From Patescibacteria group bacterium (GTDB taxonomy: Bacteria > Patescibacteriota > UBA1384 > JACPKC01), in the NCBI GenBank assembly GCA_050944875.1, contig JBMNRW010000001.1, positions 12,526 through 76,525 of the forward strand: a stretch of DNA of 64,000 bases, written 5' to 3'. The notes beneath the pieces are model-generated. The model ran no database searches. It saw only the letters and a program-made list of their open reading frames with translations, and was not told the origin of the DNA. How positions within the stretch are numbered: position 1 is the first letter of the stretch; each line of letters begins with the position of its first letter. The position numbers and the translations under genes are program-made. Positions 18,490-27,485 of the stretch are shown in pieces.

Positions 18490-19431
18490 TTAGTAGATGT
18501 ACCCACGGATCGCACCGCTGTCCGCGCTTATGCGGCGGGTGTTCGTGCGGTTCCAGCCGCTGTAGTTCATCTCTGAAATGACGATCTCATCGCCCTCGAC
18601 GGCCTCGACGTAGGCGACGTGGCCGATCGGCCCTTCTGACGTCACCACGGCGGCGCCAGGTCGCGGCGCGCTACCAGTAGCGAGGCCGGTGTTCCAGGCG
18701 CTCGAGAGCCAGGCGTTCGCGTTACCGAGCTGGTTCGGGAGGTCTGGCCGCTTTGCCTTTACCCACCAGGTGCAGTAGCCGTAGGCGTACGTATTCCCCG
18801 GTGAAGCAACTCCTTGCCGAGCGGTCGGCGTGACCTGCTGCCGGGCAGTCGTCGTCGCACGCGTTGAGCGGCGGGCGGTTTGCACTTGGCGTTGCGCTTC
18901 GGCGCGGGCAATCGCGGCGCGCTGCTGCCGTTCTCGTTCGAGGCGAGCACGTTCCGCGGCTTCGCGAGCTTCCTGCTCCTTGAGCTCACGCTCAGGGAGT
19001 CCGATCTCGGTCGCGAGGATGAGTGGCTTTGGCGAGACGCCGTCGGCGGTGAGCGATGCGACGAGCTCAGTGTGCACCGCTGCCGGTTCTGCCGTGAGTT
19101 CGATCGCTGCGGTCTCGGGCTCGCTCGACACTACGGCAGCCTGCGCTTCTACTGCTGGATTGAGCGTCACCATGAGGACGGCGGCAAGCCCGGCACGAGC
19201 GCCGTTCATGAGGCTCGGGCCGTAGAGTTTCTTCCGTACCCACAGCCAGCGACGTCCGCTCGCTGTTGTTCCCTCTGCCCAATCACGGACTGCCGCGACC
19301 ACGAGGTCGCCGTTCGTCGTGCGGGTCTTCTGTCCCGTTCGTGCGAGCCCATTCCTTTGTGTGCTCGCCCGGACGGGCTGTCGTATCAGCGGAGGCTCCG
19401 CTGCAGCTGGTACTTGAGCGATTGACGACAT
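18490..19431 (-). CDS. CHAP-domain peptidoglycan hydrolase
   Basis: YGYCTWW (Cys), LGNA, GHVAYVE (His), SEMN; coiled-coil stalk; start at MSSIA with AAGGAG RBS. Confidence 0.9.
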   Translation of the reverse strand: MSSIAQVPAAAEPPLIRQPVRASTQRNGLARTGQKTRTTNGDLVVAAVRDWAEGTTASGRRWLWVRKKLYGPSLMNGARAGLAAVLMVTLNPAVEAQAAVVSSEPETAAIELTAEPAAVHTELVASLTADGVSPKPLILATEIGLPERELKEQEAREAAERARLERERQQRAAIARAEAQRQVQTARRSTRATTTARQQVTPTARQGVASPGNTYAYGYCTWWVKAKRPDLPNQLGNANAWLSSAWNTGLATGSAPRPGAAVVTSEGPIGHVAYVEAVEGDEIVISEMNYSGWNRTNTRRISADSGAIRGYIY

Positions 19432-19610
19432 CGTCAACTCCTTCATTACCCCACGCTGCTGCACTACTCCCCTACTTCCTCCCGTGGCATGCGTCATCCC
19501 CGCGTGGGCGGGCAACAAAAATGACTACCAGCGGAAGTCACGTAGTCGAGTCTAGCAGAGCCTATTTACCTGTCAAGCAACCACTATCAACAGGTTTGGA
19601 ATAGTTTGAT

Positions 19611-20255
19611 TTATTTCCAGTTATTTCCGAGGACGACGAGCAGCTTTGCCGGAGCGGCAATCGTGCTCTCCTCCTGGATGATGCTTGTCTCGCCTAGAGC
19701 TTTGACAAGTTCAACCGCTACTTCGCGGTGTCCGGGCGCGTAGTAGATGGTCGTACGGTCGTACGCGGAACGGGCATTGCCGACCGTGAGGACGGTGTAC
19801 CCTTCCTGTTCGAGCGCGGTTTTAAGCGTCCCAGCGGCTCCCTGCGGCGCGCCACCGTTTAGAATGCGGACCGTTGCGGATTGTGCCGGTTTTTCGGTTG
19901 GCGTAGGTGCTGCCTTGTTCGGTTCTGGCTGCGGTGCGCTCCCGGAACGCTGGTCGTCGAGGACGACGAGCTCGCTCGGGTCGTTCGTGCTCGGTTCGGG
20001 AAGCGATGGTAACGTCGTGTCTTCCGTGGGAACACCCACTGAGTCGCGAGCGATCGTCTCCGGCTGTTCGTCGCCGGGCAGTCCGCCGAGCGCGATGACG
20101 CCGAACGTGCCGAGTGCTAGGACTAAAAGGAAGCCGATGAAACTCCCGCCGCGACGCCTGGGCGCTCGCCTCGACTGCGACGGAGCTCCTGCGGGCGCTG
20201 GGCGCGGTGCAGGAGCTCGTCTGGGGGTGCCTGAGATGCCGTCGAGCGAAGCCAT
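19611..20255 (-). CDS. LytR C-terminal domain membrane protein
   Basis: MASLDGI start, TM helix, VRILNG...GAAG...GNA...TTIYY...VVLG. Confidence 0.85.
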   Translation of the reverse strand: MASLDGISGTPRRAPAPRPAPAGAPSQSRRAPRRRGGSFIGFLLVLALGTFGVIALGGLPGDEQPETIARDSVGVPTEDTTLPSLPEPSTNDPSELVVLDDQRSGSAPQPEPNKAAPTPTEKPAQSATVRILNGGAPQGAAGTLKTALEQEGYTVLTVGNARSAYDRTTIYYAPGHREVAVELVKALGETSIIQEESTIAAPAKLLVVLGNNWK

Positions 20256-20281
20256 AGTACTAGTATACCGCGCTTCGGGCC

Positions 20282-20485
20282 TTAGTGGTGGAGTTGGTTC
20301 GGTCGTGGCTCCTGCCACCGGGCAACGTGGGCGGCGCGCTGCTCGACGTCGTGGGGGATGTTCTGGGTCGCGGGGTTTAAGGGGCCGGTCTGCCACTTGT
20401 CGTACAGGCGGCCGTACCGCTTCTCGAAGAACCCTTCTTTGCGCGGTGCGTTGTACCGCGACTTGACGGGTTGCTTGCGACTCAT
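20282..20485 (-). CDS. Small basic hypothetical protein (67 aa) downstream of lexA
   Basis: Strong GGAGGAGGTG RBS; starts 22 nt after the lexA stop. Confidence 0.65.
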   Translation of the reverse strand: MSRKQPVKSRYNAPRKEGFFEKRYGRLYDKWQTGPLNPATQNIPHDVEQRAAHVARWQEPRPNQLHH

Positions 20486-20507
20486 GCTCTTCACCTCCTC
20501 CCGAGTG

Positions 20508-21119
20508 CTAGTTGGCGAATGAGAGCTGGCGGATTACGCCGAGTACCTTGCCCTGGATGCTCGCCTTGTCGGTGTAGATCGGTCGGTACTTCGGGTTGGC
20601 CGGCTGGAGCCGGATCCTCCCCTTCTCCTTGTAGAAGCGCTTGAGCGTCACGTTCTCCTCCTCGAGGAGCGCGACGACGATGTCGCCGTTCTTCGGTCGG
20701 TCCGTGCGCTGGATGACGACGTAGTCGCCGTCGAGAATGCCGTCGTCCACCATGGAGTCCCCGCTCACCTTGAGGGCGAAGACGTCGCGACCCATCATGG
20801 ACCGTGGTATATCGATTGTCTCACTTGTTCGGATGGCGGCAATGGGCGACCCAGCGGCAATCGCGCCCATGAGCGGGATCTCGTACGCGCGCTCGTCCCA
20901 GGTGGGGGTGAGCTGCAGGGAGCGGGCTTCGAGCGGATCTTTCTCGAGGTGGCCTTTCTCCTGCAGGGCGCCGATGTGCTCGGCAACAGTCGCGACAGAT
21001 TTGAGCCCGAAGTGCTCGGCGATTTCCCGGTAGCTCGGCGCGTACCCGTGGTCCTCGATGTAGCCGCGGATGTAATCGAGAATGTTCTTCTGTTTTGGGG
21101 TGAGACTCGCTGTGCCCAT
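20508..21119 (-). CDS. lexA: SOS repressor LexA
   Basis: LTPKQ...PSYREIA wHTH, IAAG cleavage site, GDSM (Ser), TLKRF (Lys). Confidence 0.97.
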   Translation of the reverse strand: MGTASLTPKQKNILDYIRGYIEDHGYAPSYREIAEHFGLKSVATVAEHIGALQEKGHLEKDPLEARSLQLTPTWDERAYEIPLMGAIAAGSPIAAIRTSETIDIPRSMMGRDVFALKVSGDSMVDDGILDGDYVVIQRTDRPKNGDIVVALLEEENVTLKRFYKEKGRIRLQPANPKYRPIYTDKASIQGKVLGVIRQLSFAN

Positions 21120-21144
21120 AGCACCTCCTTCGTCAGTCTAATCC

Positions 21145-21159
21145 GAACAAAGACCGTAC
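21145..21159. promoter_or_regulatory. Putative LexA operator upstream of lexA
   Basis: GAAC-AAAGACC-GTAC next to the TAGACT -10; TGTGGATAA adjacent at 21164-21172. Confidence 0.75.
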
Positions 21160-21210
21160 ACAATGTGGATAACGATTTTTGCTGTCAAGCGCGGGGGGTT
21201 GTGGATTGTT

Positions 21211-22521
21211 TCACGTCATCGGGAATGGAGCGGGGTTCGGCGGCTCGGGGCTGAATCGACGCTGTCGGCCGTCCGGGACGACGTGGTGGCGGATCGCCCG
21301 GGTGAGGCCGCTCGTCACCGCCCGGCTACCAAAGCGTTCCCGGATGCGGTCGACCGCTCGGGTAAGGAGCGTTGACCGCTCCGGACCGAAGAGCGACTGC
21401 GGCGTGCTCGTTCGGGGCGTGAGCTCGCTGACCGTGAGCGCCGGCATCCGGACTCGTGTCTCAGTCGTGAGCGCATCGAGGTCGTCGAGGACGGCGTCTC
21501 GGACGAGCTGCATCGCCGCAGTGAAGACGTCCTGGTCCGACTCAAGTCGACGGGTTGTCCGTTGGCTCGCCTGCCAGCTCGGTGCCCCGGTCCGGCGGAA
21601 GTAGAGTGTGAGGCGCTGGGCGACGAACCCGCGTCGCCGCATGCGGCTCGCGACCCGTTCGGCGAGCCATATGAGCGTCGGCTCGAGTGCGCGGACCGGG
21701 GTGTCAGCCGGAAGCGTGTACTGGTGGCCGATCGACCGCTCAGCACGGGCTGCCCAGTGCGGGACGACCGGGCTCGGATCAACCCCCTGTCCGACGAGCC
21801 AGAGCTCCCGCTCGTACGGGAAGACCAAGGTGCGGAGCTCATCGAGCGTGCACTCGGCAAGATCCTGGAGCGTGTGGACGCCGCCGCCGCGGAGCCGTCG
21901 GCCGAGCCGCGGCCCGATGCCAGCGAGCTCTTCGATATCGGTTGCGGCGTAGTGGGCGCCACGGGTGCGGGCACGAACGCCGAGCGTCTCGAACGCCTGG
22001 ACGAGTTCGTGCTCGTGGTCGTCGAGGAGCGCGACAACGCCGTCCGGCTTCATGGACTCGCTCGCGAGCTTTGCGAGACGCTTGTTATGTGCGATGCCTA
22101 CCGAGGCGGTGAGAACAGGGCCGAGCGCGTGGCGGAGCCGGGCCTTGAGCGTCCGGACGAGCGAGGTGATGTCGGCGGGCGTGAGCCGGCGGTCGAGCTC
22201 GACGAACGCTTCGTCGATCGAGAAGATCTCGACGTACGGCGAGAGCGTGTCGAGGAGGCCGAAGAGCCGTTCGCTGTACGCGCGGTACTTCGGGTAGTCG
22301 GGTTCGACGATCTGGAGTTCGGGACAGCGCTGAACTGCTTCGCTCGCGCTCATGCCGGTTTTGACGCCTCGTGCCTTCGTCTCGCGCGACGCTGCCGCGA
22401 TGACCGATCGGGTGCCCGGTTTGCCCCCGACGCCGACTGCTCGGCCGCGGAGTAGCGGATTGCACTGCTGCTCGACAGAGGCGAAGTAGCTATTCATGTC
22501 GACGTGGAGGACCCAGCGCAT
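21211..22521 (-). CDS. dinB: Y-family DNA polymerase IV
   Basis: HVDMNSYFASVEQ, SIDEAF, AKLAS...KPDG, GIG, clamp-binding-like QSLF. Confidence 0.93.
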   Translation of the reverse strand: MRWVLHVDMNSYFASVEQQCNPLLRGRAVGVGGKPGTRSVIAAASRETKARGVKTGMSASEAVQRCPELQIVEPDYPKYRAYSERLFGLLDTLSPYVEIFSIDEAFVELDRRLTPADITSLVRTLKARLRHALGPVLTASVGIAHNKRLAKLASESMKPDGVVALLDDHEHELVQAFETLGVRARTRGAHYAATDIEELAGIGPRLGRRLRGGGVHTLQDLAECTLDELRTLVFPYERELWLVGQGVDPSPVVPHWAARAERSIGHQYTLPADTPVRALEPTLIWLAERVASRMRRRGFVAQRLTLYFRRTGAPSWQASQRTTRRLESDQDVFTAAMQLVRDAVLDDLDALTTETRVRMPALTVSELTPRTSTPQSLFGPERSTLLTRAVDRIRERFGSRAVTSGLTRAIRHHVVPDGRQRRFSPEPPNPAPFPMT

Positions 22522-22523
22522 AT

Positions 22524-22775
22524 CTACCGCCTCGCGCCCGTTGGCGCGTCGATCGCCGTGAGGTTTGCCTCAAGCGTTTCGCCGTTCCACTCAAGAATGT
22601 AGACGTTTCTTGCGGCGCTCACCGACCATTGGTAGATCGTGGCCTGCCCCTCGCGGACGCGGTGGTAGCCGTGGATCGCGTCGATTTTGTACGTGCGGCC
22701 GGCGTACCGAAAGAGGTGCGGCCGGGCGTGGCCGTCCTGGAAGATCGTGACGATGTCGATCGGCGTGCGGAGCAT
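22524..22775 (-). CDS. Small protein, DUF6504/ImuB C-terminal-like, first gene of the dinB operon
   Basis: GGAGG RBS; P-HLFRYAGRTYKI pattern resembles P..F.W.GR.Y.V; abuts dinB. Confidence 0.7.
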   Translation of the reverse strand: MLRTPIDIVTIFQDGHARPHLFRYAGRTYKIDAIHGYHRVREGQATIYQWSVSAARNVYILEWNGETLEANLTAIDAPTGARR

Positions 22776-22815
22776 TTCCATCCCACCTCCTTTTCCTACG
22801 TATGCATCGTATACC

Positions 22816-22830
22816 AAACAAAGACCGAAC
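22816..22830. promoter_or_regulatory. Putative LexA operator upstream of the small ORF-dinB operon
   Basis: AAAC-AAAGACC-GAAC; spacer identical to the lexA site, same position relative to the -10. Confidence 0.75.
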
Positions 22831-22885
22831 ACACTGTGGATAGTGCATCGGCTGAGAAGTGTGTTCTAAGGCGATCTTCGAAATC

Positions 22886-23239
22886 ATGGGCGCCTATCCG
22901 GCGCTCGGTTTCGAGCAGCTCCATCGCTTTCTCTGTGAAGTGGCGAACGACGATATTGACGAGCTTCTCGCGTTCTTCGCCCACGACGAGGTCAATGAGT
23001 GGTACTACCGTGCCATTCCGGACAAGCGCCAGCGGTTCGTGGAGGCGATGGGTCACACTATCCGCCTCGCCTATCATGGCAACCTCGCCCTGGCGAACCG
23101 GGATCTCGAGGACGACATCGCTCAGTGGAATGAGCGGACGGGGTTGGTGCCGCGTCCGCAGCGCACGCGCCTCATGCACGAGGCTGCGCTCATGCGGCGT
23201 GAGGCCAACCGCGGGTACTACCGAGGGAGGTGGGAGTAA
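22886..23239 (+). CDS. Hypothetical protein (117 aa)
   Basis: Helical-looking ORF whose stop overlaps the next start (TAATG); start uncertain. Confidence 0.65.
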   Translation: MGAYPALGFEQLHRFLCEVANDDIDELLAFFAHDEVNEWYYRAIPDKRQRFVEAMGHTIRLAYHGNLALANRDLEDDIAQWNERTGLVPRPQRTRLMHEAALMRREANRGYYRGRWE

Positions 23240-24678
23240 TGTCCGGCATTGACTTCGATAAGCTCTTGCCGCCACCCTGGAAGGAGAACCCGCTCGCGGT
23301 CTTCGGGTTTACGCCCGAGACCGTCCGGTCTGTCCAGGATCGGCCACAGGTGCTGGCGCAGATGGCGCGCATTACGAAGCGCGCCCTCATGCTGGCGCAC
23401 CACGCCGACCACACGGGTTCGAAAGGGAAGGCACAGGCGCTTAACGACGCCCAGACCTACCTCGAGGATCCGTACTGGCAGCGGACGATCGTCAAGGAGT
23501 TCCTTCAGCATGAAGGTAGTGCGAACTACCGGACGCGCAAGCGACTGAAGGAGCTCGAGGAGACGATTGCCGTCCTCGCCCAGGAGCTCGACGAGCTCCA
23601 GACGGGTGGACACGGTTCGCCAATACTTCAGCAGGCGCCCAACGGAAAGGTTGTCAGTGGCGCGTCGCACCCGCTTTGGGTTGCGAGCGCACTACACCTC
23701 AACGGGAAAGCGCCCGACTACGTCCAGGATCATGCGCTTCTCCCCCATGTCCTGCCGGCGCTCGTCGTCGTGAAGGAGGTGGGGAAATCGGGAGCCATGC
23801 ACCTCTACTTCATCGAGGAAGAGTTCGGCTCTGTCATTAAGGTGGCAGACTGTTCTCACTCCTCGACTACCTCCCCGACGCAGCTCCTGACGGACTTCGT
23901 GGCGAAAGAACTCAAGGCGTTGGCGCCGAAGCCCGAGCAGATCGAGCGCTACCTCACGATGTTGAGGACTGGCATCCGGGAGCTTGGGCGTTGGAAAGAG
24001 TATCTGGATCAGGGAGAGTTCTTTCGGCTCCAGCAGCTCCGCCGACGCGTCTGGTGGCCGCAGCTCGATGAGCTGGCGTTTGCGGAGCTCATGTATGCAC
24101 CATGCAGGGAAGCTCGTCCTGAAGACGTGCGGGCCTACGGCGAGCTCGAGGCGCAGAAGCTCTTGTCGAAGAAGCTCGACCTTATTCCCGGCCGTACCAT
24201 TGGTCCGAAGACCAAGGAGCACATGGAGACGCAGGTGTTGCCTGCGCTCATTCAGTCGTTCCTCAATCGGATCGAAGAGGCGGGTCGGGGTGGTGGCGGA
24301 CAGAGATTTCTGTTCGGCACCACTGAGCGTCGAAGGCTTACGCTCAAGCGGCTTCGGGCGCGACTCAAGCCGGTTCGCACCGGCGATATGATTGCCCTAG
24401 GCTCTCTGCCACTTGCCGACTACCAGTCGGTGAAGAAGTGGAGTGCGTACAAGGGCAGTGGTATCGCCGTCGATACGGTGAGTGCGGCGTTTCCGACGCT
24501 TCGGCCAACACTGACTACCGACCACGTCCTCGTTCAGCACAGCTGGGCGATGACGTTCGGGAGAGTGCCAGGTGCTTCGCCGTACGTGAAGCTTGCGCCG
24601 CTTGGACAGATCCAGGCGGTGCAGCGTATCGACGACGAGCTCCTGACAAGTCTCGAAGTCAGACTCTACCCGGCGTGA
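23239..24678 (+). CDS. Hypothetical protein with N-terminal degenerate J-domain and coiled coil
   Basis: NPLAVFGF...KRALMLAHHADHTG...QALNDAQTYLEDP resembles a DnaJ J-domain with HPD replaced by HAD; GGGAG RBS. Confidence 0.75.
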   Translation: MSGIDFDKLLPPPWKENPLAVFGFTPETVRSVQDRPQVLAQMARITKRALMLAHHADHTGSKGKAQALNDAQTYLEDPYWQRTIVKEFLQHEGSANYRTRKRLKELEETIAVLAQELDELQTGGHGSPILQQAPNGKVVSGASHPLWVASALHLNGKAPDYVQDHALLPHVLPALVVVKEVGKSGAMHLYFIEEEFGSVIKVADCSHSSTTSPTQLLTDFVAKELKALAPKPEQIERYLTMLRTGIRELGRWKEYLDQGEFFRLQQLRRRVWWPQLDELAFAELMYAPCREARPEDVRAYGELEAQKLLSKKLDLIPGRTIGPKTKEHMETQVLPALIQSFLNRIEEAGRGGGGQRFLFGTTERRRLTLKRLRARLKPVRTGDMIALGSLPLADYQSVKKWSAYKGSGIAVDTVSAAFPTLRPTLTTDHVLVQHSWAMTFGRVPGASPYVKLAPLGQIQAVQRIDDELLTSLEVRLYPA

Positions 24679-24756
24679 GTCGGTTGGGCTTCGGCCCGCC
24701 GGCTCGCGCCGGTTCGCATAGATTGACTACTGAAAAACAAAGGAGGGCCTTGCGCT

Positions 24757-26622
24757 ATGGCGAAGGCAATGAAGTGGAGGAGTGACCACTCCTACCCCGA
24801 TGACTGTCATGACCTCGTGGTCGTGCTGTCGGGGGTTGAGCAGGTCACCGGCGTCTACCCTGGTAAGATCGATCCCCGGGCGCCGCGCTCGTCGCGGCCC
24901 TGGGTGCGGCTGCGACTTTGAGAGAAGAACCTCGTCGTCCGCAGCTGTTTTTCCGGTGCTGTTTCAACCTTCAACGTCTATGTCGAGGATTTGAACCTCG
25001 GCTACGCGGACGTCCACGCTACGCTCATCCGTTTCTGCTTGCAGGAGCGGGTTGACTATCGATTTACCGATAGCGGAGACGACGAGGAAGACGTTGCGGC
25101 TGTGGAGCGGGCGCAGCAGGGCTTCGATAAGCTCGTGGAGACCTTCGGGGCTCTGCGTGCGAAGATCGACGTGCTCTGCGTGCAGTTCCCCTTCCTTGCG
25201 CCGATCCTCACTCCGTTCGCGCTTCTGCTGGCCGGTCTGTCTGGCCGTCAGGGCGTGGACGCTGAGGTCCAGCTGGATGAGATCGCCGAACGCATGAAGG
25301 AACTCCACTTGGAGTTCGAGAAGGTGCAGGCCGCGGTTCCGCAGCAGGACTTCGAGGAGCTCGTGAAGCTTTCGAAGGAGCAGCACGCCCAGTACGAGAA
25401 GGAGCTCGGTGAAATCCGTACGCTTCTCTCTGTAGCTCAGTCCAAGGCGGAGCGTCTGCAGGCGGTTGAGCGCGAGCTCGCGTCCTTGCAGCGGGAAGTC
25501 AAGGCACTGCGCACTGCTAAGGCGGAGCTCCTCGAACAGAAGCATGAGCTCGAGCGTCAGAAGGCCGAGCTTGAGCCGAAGGCACGGATGCTCCCGGTCG
25601 TCGAGAGTAAGGTCAAGGAATTGACCGAGGCGATCGAGGAGTATATGGGCGAGGAGCAGGAGGACGTGACGGTCCGGAAGCTCCAGCTATTTGAGCAGGG
25701 CCTCGGTCGGTACCAGCGGAGCTACGAGGACGGGCAGAAGAAGCTCGTCCCGCAGCTTCAGCTGCTGACGACTGGCCTGAACAGCTGCCAGGAAGCGTTC
25801 GATCGATTCGAGCGTGGATTGGCCGATTACACCCGGCAGCATCGTGAGCTCCTTTCGGAGATTCGGTCGCTGTCCGAGCAGGCGCTCGAGTGTCCTGAAG
25901 CTGAAGAGTCCCTGAAGGCTGCGTTCCAGCGCCTCAATGGACTCAAGAAGCCCGACGGATCGCTCGAGGATCTGCGTACGAAGCTCGGGCAGCAGCGCCT
26001 TGCGCAGCAGCGGTGCGAGCGCGATTTGCTTGAGTGTGGTCAGGCGCTTCAGTTTATCGGCAAGCAGCGTGAGTTGCTTGAGTCGGTGAACCGCTTCCTG
26101 ACTGCGCTGCCTGAGCGCTTCGACGATTGGTGGGTGTCGCAGTGTTCTAGTATGCGGGCAGCTACCACACTGGTGCCTGAGGCTGAAGCGCCTGCGGAAT
26201 CCGGCGGAGTTCCCCGTCAGCAGTGGTCGACGAAGCTCCTGGAGATGTCGGTTGGTGTACCGCTCGGCGTCCTCTTCGCTCGTGATCGCTTCGACCTGAA
26301 GATGATCCGAGATAAGGAGTCTCGAGAGGCCCACCTTCGGCTCGTGAACCAGGGCGTTGACGTCCGCTGGCTCCTCCGCTGCTTCTTGCCTGGCGAGGTG
26401 GTGACGGCAGAAGTGATCGGCAACCGCATTGCCACGGAGCTACAGGTGCATCCGGGACGGAAGGCGCCTTACCTCAAGGTAGCGCACGGTCTGTTCCCTG
26501 GCCTCATCGAGTGCAAACTGCGTGGCCAGGGCGGAGTGCTCTCGGATGAGTGCGCCGGGCCGATCGCCCGCTTGATCGAACACCGGGTTGGCCAGATGAA
26601 GAACTGGCTCAACCGGGACTAA
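24757..26622 (+). pseudogene. DUF2103-like N-domain plus long coiled-coil protein with one in-frame TGA (24919-24921)
   Basis: AAGGAGG RBS before ATG 24757, in frame with the 543-aa ORF; HS...VYPGKI...VRLRL*EKNLVV...GAVSTFNV reads as one domain across the stop. Confidence 0.65.
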
Positions 26623-26674
26623 CACGCTTCTAGATGCGATATGGTTAGTCTGTATCGCACGTAGAAGCCAACTC

Positions 26675-26729
26675 AAAAGACCGGTTCTAACACCCTGCTT
26701 CCAGCAGGGCTAGTTGGGCCGGTCTTTTT
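26675..26729. terminator. Bidirectional terminator
   Basis: AAAAGACCGG...CCCTGCT-TCC-AGCAGGG...CCGGTCTTTT between convergent genes. Confidence 0.75.
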
Positions 26730-26736
26730 CGTGTGC

Positions 26737-27228
26737 CTACTTTTCGTTCCACCGGATCCAGGAGAGGGCGATGCCGAAGGCGACGGCGGCGTTCAGGGAT
26801 TCCTTCTTGCCGTGCATCGGGAGCTGGGCGCGGACATCCGCCAGGCGGAGCGTTGATTCGGTGACGCCGTACAGCTCGTTCCCGACGACGAGCGCGACCT
26901 TGTCGGGCCGCTCCACTCCCCTGCTCCACTCGACGAGCGACACGGCGTCTGTCGTCTGCTCGAGTGCGACGATCGTGAAGCCGTCCGCTTTGAGCTCGTA
27001 GAGGAGCGCTTTGGTATCCTCGCGCTTCGTCCAGGGCAGGATGTCCTCGGTGCCGAGCGCGGTTTTCGCCACACGGGTCCGCACGATTGGTTCGTTGAGG
27101 CCGCGGTGGCCGCCCGTGAAGCCTGCGAGGTAGAGGTGCTCGACGCCCAAGCCCTCGGCCGTTCGAAACGCTGCCCCGACGTTGTAGAGGCTACGGAGAT
27201 TCTCGAGGACAGCGACAATTCGTCTCAT
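26737..27228 (-). CDS. TrmH/SpoU-family RNA methyltransferase
   Basis: ENLRSLYNVGAAFRTA, VVGNELYG, LPMHGKKESLN. Confidence 0.92.
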   Translation of the reverse strand: MRRIVAVLENLRSLYNVGAAFRTAEGLGVEHLYLAGFTGGHRGLNEPIVRTRVAKTALGTEDILPWTKREDTKALLYELKADGFTIVALEQTTDAVSLVEWSRGVERPDKVALVVGNELYGVTESTLRLADVRAQLPMHGKKESLNAAVAFGIALSWIRWNEK

Positions 27229-27233
27229 GGCGA

Positions 27234-27485
27234 TTACTGATCCGTCGTGTTGCGTCTCTGGATGAATGGGGTGCGAGCAATGCGTGCTCTGAACACAGCT
27301 GCGAGCTCTGGCGAGACGTAGTAGGCCTGTCGCATCGTCGTGGGGTTGTAGTACTTCGTTTTTGCGCTGCTCGGTAGCGCTGAGGCGCTGGTAGATTGCT
27401 TCGAAGCGGATTCCGTCCAAGACGGGTGTATCGTCGGCGACGGCTCTCTCCCTGACTGCGGTTCTCCCTCCCCTGGCATATTCAC
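27234..27485 (-). CDS. Possible small hypothetical protein
   Basis: Fills the gap between hisS and trmH, with start overlapping the hisS stop; low complexity. Confidence 0.4.
   Translation of the reverse strand: MNMPGEGEPQSGREPSPTIHPSWTESASKQSTSASALPSSAKTKYYNPTTMRQAYYVSPELAAVFRARIARTPFIQRRNTTDQ

Noticed and set aside
21120-21210. Replication origin
   Set aside because: Only one or two DnaA boxes per region, no box cluster with an AT-rich unwinding element, and no dnaA/dnaN nearby.
11933-24921. Genome-wide stop-codon reassignment (UGA=Gly code 25, or amber recoding) to explain the in-frame TAG and TGA
   Set aside because: Conserved genes end normally at TGA (nrdR, hisS, rarA, eno copy 2) and TAG (typA, lexA, murA), and no core gene contains an internal stop.
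24916-24994. prfB-like +1 frameshift at CTT-TGA
   Set aside because: The +1 frame stops at 24994; the long ORF continues in the original frame.
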